Shown piece after piece: positions 1 through 9,424 of a stretch of 18,103 nt of DNA (positions within the stretch are counted from its first letter, which is position 1; each line of letters opens with the position of its first letter). The position numbers and the translations under genes are program-made. Origin of the DNA: Carpediemonas membranifera BICM (taxonomy: Eukaryota; Protista; Fornicata); NCBI GenBank assembly GCA_019828565.1, contig JAHDYR010000027.1, positions 1 through 18,103 of the forward strand, read 5' to 3'. The notes below the pieces were generated by a model. The model saw nothing but the letters and a program-made list of their open reading frames with translations, made no database searches and was not told the DNA's origin.

Positions 1-183
1 CTTAAGACGTGAGTAGGAGGGAGACAGGGCAGTGTTGCGCAGTATAAACACATTGTTTGACCCTTCAATAGCACAGGGTAGTGTGTCTTAAAGTGCGATG
101 GCCATGTGGTTATACTGCGCAACAGTCACGATGGTGCAAGACAAGTCTCGGTTATTCTGAGTTCTATTCGCGCCACTCATTCA

Positions 184-3100
184 ATGGAACGAGGCGCTGG
201 AGACGACGCGTCCTCTATCTCCTCATCAGACCGCGATTCCGCCCAATCCAGCGCAAGACTTGAAGAAGCGCCCGAGCTTCGTCTAGAGGACGAAGACATG
301 ATCAATGAAGCGTCTAGCGACATCAATCGGTACGTGTACGCGACAAGATATGTGCCTCCCGTCGTTATCCCGGCTGTCACAAGAGATGCAGCACTTGAGG
401 ACGCCGAGAACCATTTGAGAGGAGCAGCGCGCCGTGATACCACCGCACCAATTGCGAAGATTCCCCGGAGGAGTGCTGGGAAGGGCACAAAGGTACTCAT
501 CTCCCTCAAGCGAATGAAGATGAAGGACGTCTCCTTCGTACGAGGTCAGCTGCGCGCCTACAGGGAGATCAAGTCCATGCTTGACCGCAAAGAGTTAGCC
601 CATGGCCAGTCTGCTGACCTCCCAGCCACGGCTGACACCGTGCCGCGTGATGTTGAAGCAGTCGAGCCTCGAAGAATTGCGAAGTACAGTCAGCTGGTCA
701 AGGAGATCAACAGAATTGACCGGGTGATCGAGAATAGTGCCCGCGAGTGGAATCAGCTTGCCAATGAGGTCGACCAACGCCTTGCTGCCCTCGGTCAGAA
801 CATCAGACACCCGACTCCAGGAGACAACCCCGAGGTTGCACGGAGCAATCGCCCGAAGCAAACCACCAAAGCCGAGGAACGACAGGAAAACTACACCCTC
901 AACAACGACAACCAGACGCTGCGGGGCCGTGCTGCAGCTCTCAACCACGCACTGGCCCAGCTGCACATCAACGCGCCTGCCCTGCCCGAAGCTGTCCGCG
1001 AACCCGAGCCAGCCCAGCCAAGCGTCCCAGGCAACACGGGTAACCAACAAAAGTGCCGCGCGGAGTGGGATGCCCTGTGGGAGATGAACATCGCGCTTGA
1101 GACCCAGAACACCGAGCTACAGTTAATATGCGACGACAGGGTTCAGCGCATCGAGACGGTGCTCAGTGCCCTTGAAGACGACATGGCGATTGGAGACCAG
1201 GGCCATGACTCCGACGACGGTGGGCCAGAGGGCGAGCAGTCCCAGCACTCAGGCGCCGGGCATTACTTGGGCGTTGGCTTGTATGGCCATCGCGGGTCTA
1301 CCGGTGTCGGTTCGTACGATGCCGGTTTCATTGAAGCGGACGCCCTGCTGGATGCCGCCATAGCGTGGCTCAGGGCCATCGAGGTCGGCCCGTCAGACAC
1401 ACAGCCGGAGCAGGCACTCGTTGATGCGTATCGCCGCTCTCTGGCGGTAACGGCCGACATCCCCGGGGACATCCCCACGCTGCTGAGGCACGTCTACTTC
1501 AGGCACGTCGGTGGGGTCATGCCGTCAGTGCAGCAGCCGGAGGTCATCAAGGCCACACCAGCTGACCTCGAGGAGCTCAGTGCCCTACTCAACGGCATCC
1601 CCCCGCTCAAACCAACGGCGCAAGCCCTCCTCGATCGCGTCCGCACCATCCTCACCGAGGGCCTCCCGCTGTCCATGAACGTCGAGCTCGTGGAGGGGCA
1701 GGACCTCCCTGTCGCCCTGCACACCCTCCTCCAGGGCACGCTCTGGGCGATCATGATGCAGGGTGGGGCCAACCCCGACCTCACTGATGAGAGCCGCAAC
1801 TCGATGTTGTACGGATATGAGGATACCGACAAGGCCCTCTGGTTCCTCTGTAAGAAGTTCTTCTTCACACATCAGGTGGCCGAGAAGGACGGCGAGGTTG
1901 TCTTCAACTCCGGTGGGGACGGAATCTTTGCATCCGACTGCCACCGCCTGTACGCGGGCAGGGTCTTTGAAGTCATGGTTGGCTTTGGAGACGGCAAGTA
2001 TGAGCTGATCCGGGTCCCCCCGATTGTGCGGATCTTCGGCATGGGCACCATAGGCCTGATCATGCTCACACCAAGAGGTGTATACTCCTTCCATCGTGCT
2101 CGGGAGACCCTTGTTGACGAGCGCCACCCTACCGACCGGGCTGAGTGGCCCGTGAGAGTAGCATTCCGCCACTGCCCCAGGGTAGCCGAGTACGAGGCCA
2201 GCCTGCCCGTCTGGCACAAGCATGAGCTTGTATTCGACGTCGGGTTGACCCGTTCCACATGCGTCCTGCTGACCCCCGCGGGGGCTGTGTCGCTCGGCAA
2301 CGAGTGGCTTGTCGAGCAGGACTATTCGTTGGAGGAGATCTGCATGTTCCGGCCGATGCCCCTGCCCAACGACTTCATCCCCACCCGCGTCACGATGACC
2401 GGCACTGGGGCCATTCTCAGCACGGGAGACAGGCAGATGATCGGCGGTGACATCGCAACGCTCGGTCGCCGTCTCCCGAGAGGAACCTTCACAGACCTGC
2501 ACTTCCGGGTCGACAGTGCGAGTGGAAACAGCCACTTCACTCTCCTGAACAGCGGCAGCGAGGTCTTGTTCGTCGGCCGGAGTACCCCCGCGGTACATGC
2601 CTCAGTCCTCCTCCCATCCTCCATCGGCAGGAACGACATCTGTGCGGACCCGACCCCGCTCCGGTTCCCAGAGGGCACCACGTCATACCACATTGACCCT
2701 TTCTTCGTCGTAATCACACATTCTGGCTTTACCGATATGTATAAGGAGTCCTCCGTCGACGGTGACTGGTCTGTGCTGACAAGGACCGTGGAGGCCGGCC
2801 CCTCTGCCGTCTCTATGCCCATGCAGCCGTCGATACCCCATATTTACCTCATCACCGGATCCGATTGGCTGAGAGTGGACCTCATGGACACTGACAAGAC
2901 ACCACAGTCGATGCGGGACACTCGGGGCCAGGTCTACCCCATGGTGCCCGCCCTCCTCAGCGAGGAGGGGAGTGTGAACTCAGGGGAAGAGCTGGTCGAT
3001 GTCCAGGACACCCCGATAGCCCAGATCGACCCCGCGACCATGGAGGCTCTGCAGCGAGTGGTCGAATTTGTCTCAGACTCCACGCAAGACCCAATGCTGT

Positions 3101-4374
3101 CGGTGACGGCGTCGAACCCCGACATTGCCGTCACCATTGATAACTTAGGCGATCTCACCGTCACACCAGTAGATGCTGAGGTCTCCGGCATGATCGCCCA
3201 GCTCAGCCCCCTCTTGGCCACCCACGACATCCAAGAGCAGCAGGCCAGCATGACCCCGATGACAGAGCTGGAAGCAACCCTGCGGGGTCAGCCCGAGAGT
3301 GTCGCACCCCGGTTCACAGTTTCCCTGACCACTCCCCAGGTGACCGTGGAGCTCCGCTTCGTCCAACAGGAGGATGGTGCTCGGCCATGGCCGTCCAGTG
3401 GTGCGGACACACAGCTCTTCACGATGAATGGCCGCCCCACCCTGTGGAGATCCGGACTGGACTCATTCTGGGTGATCACGACATTCAAAGAGCCGCACAC
3501 AGCTACGGGTTCGACGGAGCTGAGGGTCCATGACGACTTGGTGCTCTGTGTCGCCATCCTCCCCAACAACACACTCGTGACGGGGTCCGGCGACCGGACA
3601 CTCGTACTATGGGACCCCAGCGGCCGTGTTACCGACAGCGTCAGGCACACAGAGGAGGTACTGAGTCTTGCCGCATCCCCGGACGGGACCAGCATTGCAC
3701 TAGGGGGGGAGCGGACGATCCAGCTGTGGAGCCCGACTGAGGGCATCACCGGCGTGCTCACCGGGCATCGGTACGGTGTGTGCGCCCTCGCGTTCTCCCA
3801 CGACGGCAGGACGCTGTACTCGGGGGCGAACGACAACAGCGTCAAGGTGTGGGACGTCGCGGCCGCCGAGTGTGTCAGGACAATGGAAGGACACACAGAC
3901 TTTGTACGCTCGATCGCACTCTCCCCGGACGGCCGTCTGCTCGCATCGGGCTCTGCCGACAAGACCATCCGTGTCACTGACACCGAGACGGGCGCTATCA
4001 TGAAGACGCTCGACCTTCAGCACGAGGTGTTCAGCGTGGCCTTCTCGCCCGACGGGACCCTGCTCGCATCAGGCACCAGTGACACCAGCGTCGCCCTGTG
4101 GCAAACGGAGACATGGTCCATGAGGGAGCTGCCCGGCCATAGGTCATTCATCACATATGTGGCCTTCGACCCAGACGGGACTCTGGCGAGTGCGTCGGAC
4201 GATAGGACGGTCAAGCTGTGGGACGTCGAGATCGGGCAGTGTCTGGAGACTCTCGAGGGTCATAGTGAAAGGGTCACGTGTCTGGCGTTCTCCGCGGACG
4301 GGTCAAGGCTGCTGTCTGGGGCTGCGGACACCACCGCGAGGCTGTGGACCTTGCAGGAAAGGGAGCTTGTATAG
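184..4374 (+). CDS. Large multidomain protein (~1396 aa): disordered/coiled-coil N-terminus, central beta-rich domain of unknown family, C-terminal 7-repeat WD40 propeller
   Basis: Uninterrupted ORF; first in-frame ATG at 184 (the track start at 106 is GTG). Seven WD40 repeats in about 3526-4350, e.g. GHTDFVRSIALSPDGRLLASGSADKTIRVTD and GHSERVTCLAFSADGSRLLSGAADTTARLWT. Heptad-like helices near 680-800 and 1060-1180. Confidence 0.85.
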   Translation: MERGAGDDASSISSSDRDSAQSSARLEEAPELRLEDEDMINEASSDINRYVYATRYVPPVVIPAVTRDAALEDAENHLRGAARRDTTAPIAKIPRRSAGKGTKVLISLKRMKMKDVSFVRGQLRAYREIKSMLDRKELAHGQSADLPATADTVPRDVEAVEPRRIAKYSQLVKEINRIDRVIENSAREWNQLANEVDQRLAALGQNIRHPTPGDNPEVARSNRPKQTTKAEERQENYTLNNDNQTLRGRAAALNHALAQLHINAPALPEAVREPEPAQPSVPGNTGNQQKCRAEWDALWEMNIALETQNTELQLICDDRVQRIETVLSALEDDMAIGDQGHDSDDGGPEGEQSQHSGAGHYLGVGLYGHRGSTGVGSYDAGFIEADALLDAAIAWLRAIEVGPSDTQPEQALVDAYRRSLAVTADIPGDIPTLLRHVYFRHVGGVMPSVQQPEVIKATPADLEELSALLNGIPPLKPTAQALLDRVRTILTEGLPLSMNVELVEGQDLPVALHTLLQGTLWAIMMQGGANPDLTDESRNSMLYGYEDTDKALWFLCKKFFFTHQVAEKDGEVVFNSGGDGIFASDCHRLYAGRVFEVMVGFGDGKYELIRVPPIVRIFGMGTIGLIMLTPRGVYSFHRARETLVDERHPTDRAEWPVRVAFRHCPRVAEYEASLPVWHKHELVFDVGLTRSTCVLLTPAGAVSLGNEWLVEQDYSLEEICMFRPMPLPNDFIPTRVTMTGTGAILSTGDRQMIGGDIATLGRRLPRGTFTDLHFRVDSASGNSHFTLLNSGSEVLFVGRSTPAVHASVLLPSSIGRNDICADPTPLRFPEGTTSYHIDPFFVVITHSGFTDMYKESSVDGDWSVLTRTVEAGPSAVSMPMQPSIPHIYLITGSDWLRVDLMDTDKTPQSMRDTRGQVYPMVPALLSEEGSVNSGEELVDVQDTPIAQIDPATMEALQRVVEFVSDSTQDPMLSVTASNPDIAVTIDNLGDLTVTPVDAEVSGMIAQLSPLLATHDIQEQQASMTPMTELEATLRGQPESVAPRFTVSLTTPQVTVELRFVQQEDGARPWPSSGADTQLFTMNGRPTLWRSGLDSFWVITTFKEPHTATGSTELRVHDDLVLCVAILPNNTLVTGSGDRTLVLWDPSGRVTDSVRHTEEVLSLAASPDGTSIALGGERTIQLWSPTEGITGVLTGHRYGVCALAFSHDGRTLYSGANDNSVKVWDVAAAECVRTMEGHTDFVRSIALSPDGRLLASGSADKTIRVTDTETGAIMKTLDLQHEVFSVAFSPDGTLLASGTSDTSVALWQTETWSMRELPGHRSFITYVAFDPDGTLASASDDRTVKLWDVEIGQCLETLEGHSERVTCLAFSADGSRLLSGAADTTARLWTLQERELV

Positions 4375-4511
4375 CTATGAATGTATTTCATAAATGGGAT
4401 GGATACCAGCCTCTCCCCAGAGAAGGGCGGATACATATCGCCACATAGCTGTCGCCGGGCTTGATGCCTGCTCTTGTTTACCCGACCCGGCGTGTTCCCG
4501 AGGGTCGGAAG

Positions 4512-5783
4512 ATGAGCACAGTTGTAGCGATAGAAGTGCCTAATGGCTTCAATCGTGATGATTGGACAGAGTTTCACGATAACTATGAACGCTACTTGGA
4601 GAATGATGCATCAGCACCACCCATCTCCGCGATTCTAGCTGCTTCATCCGAAAGCTCCTATTCAATGGAGCAGTGGCCGTGCGTGTTGCTGTATACATCT
4701 ATACACGATGGAAAAGACCACTTCTTTACGTCTTTTGCCCAGTTCCAGGCTTTCTTTGAGCACGAGCTCAGCGAACCTCTCACGCGGCCCCTCAAAGCCC
4801 GCCAGGCAGCCGCCTTCAGACAGGCCATGACAGCCATGTGCAACTGCATCCAGATGGGAACATACCTGCTCTACATCGAGGCCGCCGAGGCCGACCAGGC
4901 TGAATACTATACCGCCCTCGCTGACTTGGTCAGTGACGGCCACATAGGCCTTACTACCGACAGGGCGAGGACTACTATCCTGCTGGCTGACCCGCCATTA
5001 GTTTCCAGCAGCCTGGTCGACTTCTCCAGCCTCAAATGGTTCCAGTCGACATTTGCCGGAATCGACTCCCTCACTTCTGCCGGAATGAGACGCGATTACA
5101 CCCTTACAAACATCAAGGGCATCTTCGGTCAGCTCATATCTGAATATGTTATCGGCAATCTGATCTGCCACCTGAGATCCTTCCACCAGCTCAAATCTCA
5201 GCAACAAGCGGGCCAATGGGCACCGGTCCCCTATAGGTCGCTGAGAGGCCTTGTCGCCGTCGTCCTGGGCACAGGCTCAATCGGCCTCGAGCTCGCCCAG
5301 AACCTGACCCATCTCGGTCTGGAGGTCCACGGGGCCAACACGACTGGGATGCTGCCAGAGCCACACTGCTTCCGGTCCGTCGCCCGGCTGGCTGACCTGG
5401 GCCCTGTACTGGCCCGTGCGGCCGTCGTTGTCAGCACTCTGCCCGACACCCCCGCCACTCATGACACCCTGGACACGGCGCTCTTCTCCCAGTGTAGCGG
5501 GGCCGCACTGTTCAACGTTGGCCGGGGAACTGCGGTGAACGACGCTGACCTGCTCACTGCCATCGAACAAGGCCATGTCGCACACGCTTTCCTCGATGTG
5601 TTCAGGGATGAGCCACTGCCGCAGTCGCACCCCTTCTGGGCATGCCCCGGCGTCACTGTGACGCCCCATGTCGCTGCTGTGTCCTTCCCAAGTGACGTTG
5701 TGTCACTATTTAGGGAGAATTTACGGCGGTATCTTACCGGCGAGGGCCTGTTGAACGTGGTTGATTTCGACAAGGGATACTGA
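4512..5783 (+). CDS. D-isomer-specific 2-hydroxyacid dehydrogenase (bacterial-type) with ~115-aa N-terminal extension
   Basis: Rossmann motif VLGTGSIG; catalytic Arg (NVGRG), Glu (DVFRDEPL) and His (TPHVAA); typical C-terminus VDFDKGY. The enzyme core starts near ATG 4854. The start is uncertain (in-frame ATGs at 4464, 4512 and 4854, among others). Confidence 0.88.
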   Translation: MSTVVAIEVPNGFNRDDWTEFHDNYERYLENDASAPPISAILAASSESSYSMEQWPCVLLYTSIHDGKDHFFTSFAQFQAFFEHELSEPLTRPLKARQAAAFRQAMTAMCNCIQMGTYLLYIEAAEADQAEYYTALADLVSDGHIGLTTDRARTTILLADPPLVSSSLVDFSSLKWFQSTFAGIDSLTSAGMRRDYTLTNIKGIFGQLISEYVIGNLICHLRSFHQLKSQQQAGQWAPVPYRSLRGLVAVVLGTGSIGLELAQNLTHLGLEVHGANTTGMLPEPHCFRSVARLADLGPVLARAAVVVSTLPDTPATHDTLDTALFSQCSGAALFNVGRGTAVNDADLLTAIEQGHVAHAFLDVFRDEPLPQSHPFWACPGVTVTPHVAAVSFPSDVVSLFRENLRRYLTGEGLLNVVDFDKGY

Positions 5784-6266
5784 GTAGCGCCTGGTCTGCA
5801 TCCTTATGGCATATTCTTCCTATGGCTCGGAGATGGTGCCCCGACATAAAGCCAAGTAAAACTAACCCAAGACAGATTCAGTGCGTGTGGGATGAAGTAT
5901 TTACGGTGCAACAGGGCATGCGGCACTTGATGTTGGTTAGGGAAAATGCTGGCGTTGGAAATGTAACTGTGTAAGAGAGTAGATTGGTCTCCGGGCGCGC
6001 GGGCAGCACTACTCCATAGAGAGAAGCAGCAACGCCGCAACCCTGGCCACGTGCGGGCGAGTGGCGAGCAGCCAAGATAGCTGGACGCCAAAACACGCAC
6101 GGGCCGGTATACCGACGCAGTAACAGCTGAATGAGGTGAAGCACGAAACAGCCTGACTTGGCAGACGGACGCATCGCGCTGGAGACCGTGGAACCTACGA
6201 TATTGACGAGAGCGCAAAAATGGCCATGACTCCGCCACAGTCGACCGATCAAATCTGATTGGTTTA

Positions 6267-7442
6267 CTATAACAGGAGTGCGAGCGCCAGCACAGCCAGA
6301 ACACCACCAACACAGGCCGCGCGAGCTGAATCAGACTCATAAACGAGAGTTGTGGCGCCGGTGAGCACGAGTGCTTTGGGCTCGTCGTCGCCCATGCTCA
6401 TGGCCACCGAAGTCCCGAAGAACGTGGCCTCTGTGTGACCAAAGGAGTCAGGAAGTATGGCCTCGATCTCCTCATAGAGCCCCTCCACTCCCCGTTTGAA
6501 CAGGAGTGCCCCGCCGCGGGAGTCGGCGTTGTTGGAGATCCCCGTCAGAAGATAGTCGCCGCTCACGGCGATGGCCCAGCTGTCGATCGTGCGGCCAGTG
6601 CTGCCTACTATCTCGCCGGCGTAGGCCCACTCGCTGTCCCCGATGCGCATGTAGTAAAAGAGTATGTCGTCCCCGACGAAGAGGTCGCCTTCGTCCGACA
6701 GCGCCACGGCTCCACCACCGGGCAGGGTTGCGGCGTGACTCCACGCGGAGCCGCTGCCCGTGTACATGAGCACCCCAGACTCGGGGTCGCTGATGGCCAG
6801 GTAGCCAGCGTTGAAAGCAATGTCGTGCCCGAAGGCGAACGACGATGTGTCCGTCCCTGGAGCTGATAGTGTAGTAGCCAGCGTCCATGACCCAGCACCG
6901 GTGTACACCGCCACGTATGACCGGGGGAGGCTGTCCACGAACCTGTAGTAGCGGACAAATAGCGTGTCCGTCGCCGCGTCCACAGCCAGCCTGGACCCAA
7001 AGTCCAGGCCGCCAGATGGCGGCACTAGTGTCTTAACAATGTCGCCGTCCTTGCCATAAACGAACACCACACCTCGGGTGTCTGGGGCGTACTCGGCGAA
7101 GCAATCCGAGCTGTATACCTGGGTCATGGGCGGTTGAAGGGGTGCATACGTATTCAGTGGACACTGCTATGTGTTCGCCGAGCCAGAGGTCGGGGTCGAA
7201 GCCCGGTGGGGGCTGGTAGGCGTGGTCGAGATGGCCACTGTGAGAAATGCAGGAAGTCTGCGTGAGCGCGGAAGCGGAGAACGGGAACATACTTGGTGTG
7301 TATAACCTCCCACGCAAGCGAAGTCTTTGCCTGAGGATGCACCGCTTGTCGTCATTTCCAGGTCATGAACCTTCCAAGCAAAAGATGAGACGGAAAAGAA
7401 CGCAAATAAACACAAAAGCGGCAATTTTCTCCTATATAGCAT
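6267..7442 (-). CDS. Secreted/surface beta-propeller protein with FG-GAP-like repeats, signal peptide and hydrophobic C-terminal tail; exons 7442-7293, 7257-7150, 7118-6267 (369 aa)
   Basis: Removing two phase-0 introns joins three track ORFs into one frame (...GGYTHQ|TSCISHSG...AVSTEY|VYSSDCF...). N-terminus MLYRRKLPLLCLFAFFSVSSFA is signal-peptide-like. Repeats: WLGEHIAVS, DFGSRLAVD, AFGHDIAF, FFGTSVAMS, plus GGALLF. The C-terminus is GGVLAVLALALLL-stop. Confidence 0.78.
7119..7149 (-). other. Spliceosomal intron, 31 nt
   Basis: Minus-strand sequence GTATGC...CATGACCCAG; removal joins exon 2 in frame to the 6267-7127 ORF. Confidence 0.8.
7258..7292 (-). other. Spliceosomal intron, 35 nt
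   Basis: Minus-strand sequence GTATGT...GCTCACGCAG; removal fuses the signal-peptide exon in frame to exon 2. Confidence 0.78.
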
Positions 7443-7645
7443 GCTGTGGTGCATTTTCAATTCGTTTCAAGCTTCCCCACGACAATTCGTCTTTGGTGGA
7501 AATTGTTTGGTGTCAGTGTTGATCACCGAACATGCCGGGCAGATATCACTGGGATCTCTTGGGCGATCATCAGCCAAGCCAGTGATCATGCACTCTAACC
7601 ACCTATTTTTATGCCAGTAACTACAACTAAATGACCACACTCACA

Positions 7646-9424
7646 CTACTCCAGCGGGAACGGCCGCTCAGACTCACCGGCCCGATCTGATCCGACACCG
7701 GCCCTGCTCATGGCGTCCAGTACCGCGTGTCGGCCCTGGATTCCGCGGCGGGATGACCTCAATGATGCGAGCTCCTCAACTAGAGCGCTGACGTGCGACT
7801 CGTGTGCCTCCCGCTCAAAGGCCACGCTCTCCTTCAACACATCCTTGTCCTCGGTAAGAACCTTGACCTTGAGCTGAGCTGAGGCAAGGGCGATCTTGGC
7901 TGCCTGAAGCCCCTCCGCCTTCTCGGTCAGCTCAACGATCTTGGTCTCAGCAAGCTCGAGTTGGGACCGCAGGGCAGTCAGGGCGAGCTCAGAATTCTCG
8001 GCATTGCTGCTCTTGGAGGCCGTGAGGGTCTCAACCTCGCGCTCAAGTGCCGCCTGCTTCTTTTCCGCCTGCGTCTTGAATTCTTCAAAATCTCTCTCAA
8101 TCTGTTGCCTACGCCGTACCTCCGCCTCGAGCCTGCCCTCGACTGTGCTGACTTCTTTCCGGAGGAAGCTCTCGACGGACTCCTGCTCGGCGATCAGGGC
8201 GTCTCTACTCTTGGCCATCACCGCCCGCTGCTGACTATAGGACTCCTCGGCCCCCCGGAGCTCCTTCTTGGCATCCATAGCCTCCTTCTCCGCCCTTGAG
8301 ACTCTGAGTTCGAGTTTCTTCGACTCCGACTGCAGCAAGTCGACTTGACCCTGTGACTCGGTCAGGGCCTCGAGGAGCTCGTCCTGCACTGACTCCATCT
8401 GAGTTATCAGCCGCATCTTCTTCCCATCCTCCGACGTCACCGCCTTGAGCTCGGCTTTCAGTTGACTCACTTCCTGCTGCAACTCCCGGCGTGACTTTGA
8501 CTCCGACTCAACTTCAGCTGTCAGTGACCCGACCCGACTCTGGGCCTGCTCGAACTGACTCCGCATGATCGCGACGGTGTTCTCCATCTGGATAATGGTA
8601 GTGTTGGCGGCGTCGAGCTCAGTCTTGGCTTCTGTCATGGCCTGCTCCTCACATGCCCGCTCCTTCAGTATCTCGTGCAGGGCATTGCGTTCGCTCTGAA
8701 GTTCTCCGACCCGTGTCTGGAGTCGAGACGACTCTGACTCGAAGATCCGGGTCGACCGGGCAAAGTCGTCTCCGGTTGTCCGGAAATTGTCCATTTTCTC
8801 AGCCATCTTGGAGTTCTCTGTCGACAGACGCTCTTTCTCCTCTTCAAGAGTGCGAATCTCCTTCTCCCGATCGACCAAATCTGCCTTGAGATCCTTGATC
8901 TGCACCTCCATGACTCCAATCTGCTCCAGGAGTTCGGCCCCGTTCTCACCGAGTCTGAGCTCATCGGCCTTCTTCTCCAGGCCCGCGGTGAGTGCCCTGA
9001 CCCTGTCGGCCAAGCCATCGTACGCTGCTCTGCTCTGATCGAGCTCGGAAGACAGCATGTGGTTCTCAGACTGCAGCACAGTGCTCCTACGGGTGGAGTT
9101 CAGCGAGGCGTCGTTGAATGAAGCTGTGGACATGTTGTGGACAGAAGATTCTAGTTGGAGAATTTGATCGCTCTGTTTGCGGATTTGATCCACATAGCGC
9201 TGCGTTTGAGTGAGGTTTTGGCCTTGTTGAAGCTCTGCCATGTGCAACATCTTTTCGATTCGATCTGAATGCGCGATGAGGCGCTGGTGCTTACTATTGA
9301 GCTCAGTTAGGCGCCGCTCAAGGGTTTCATTGCTAGTTGACAGCTTGTAGTTAATATCAGACAGCTCGCGTATGCGGCGGTTATATGTCGCCTCTAACGA
9401 CACAACGTGAGAGGGAAACGACAT
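7646..9424 (-). CDS. Long coiled-coil protein of unknown function (~592 aa)
   Basis: E/K/L/Q-rich heptad pattern over almost the whole length with very few prolines; first in-frame ATG at 9424 (the track start at 9454 is GTG). No catalytic motif seen. Confidence 0.8.
   Translation of the reverse strand: MSFPSHVVSLEATYNRRIRELSDINYKLSTSNETLERRLTELNSKHQRLIAHSDRIEKMLHMAELQQGQNLTQTQRYVDQIRKQSDQILQLESSVHNMSTASFNDASLNSTRRSTVLQSENHMLSSELDQSRAAYDGLADRVRALTAGLEKKADELRLGENGAELLEQIGVMEVQIKDLKADLVDREKEIRTLEEEKERLSTENSKMAEKMDNFRTTGDDFARSTRIFESESSRLQTRVGELQSERNALHEILKERACEEQAMTEAKTELDAANTTIIQMENTVAIMRSQFEQAQSRVGSLTAEVESESKSRRELQQEVSQLKAELKAVTSEDGKKMRLITQMESVQDELLEALTESQGQVDLLQSESKKLELRVSRAEKEAMDAKKELRGAEESYSQQRAVMAKSRDALIAEQESVESFLRKEVSTVEGRLEAEVRRRQQIERDFEEFKTQAEKKQAALEREVETLTASKSSNAENSELALTALRSQLELAETKIVELTEKAEGLQAAKIALASAQLKVKVLTEDKDVLKESVAFEREAHESHVSALVEELASLRSSRRGIQGRHAVLDAMSRAGVGSDRAGESERPFPLE

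Noticed and set aside
1585-2598. 337-aa antisense ORF within the WD40 gene
   Set aside because: Antisense shadow in GC-rich coding DNA; no recognisable features.
7238-7292. Alternative 55-nt version of the first surface-protein intron (acceptor CTCACAG)
   Set aside because: Leads to a stop at 7156-7154; the 35-nt intron keeps the frame.
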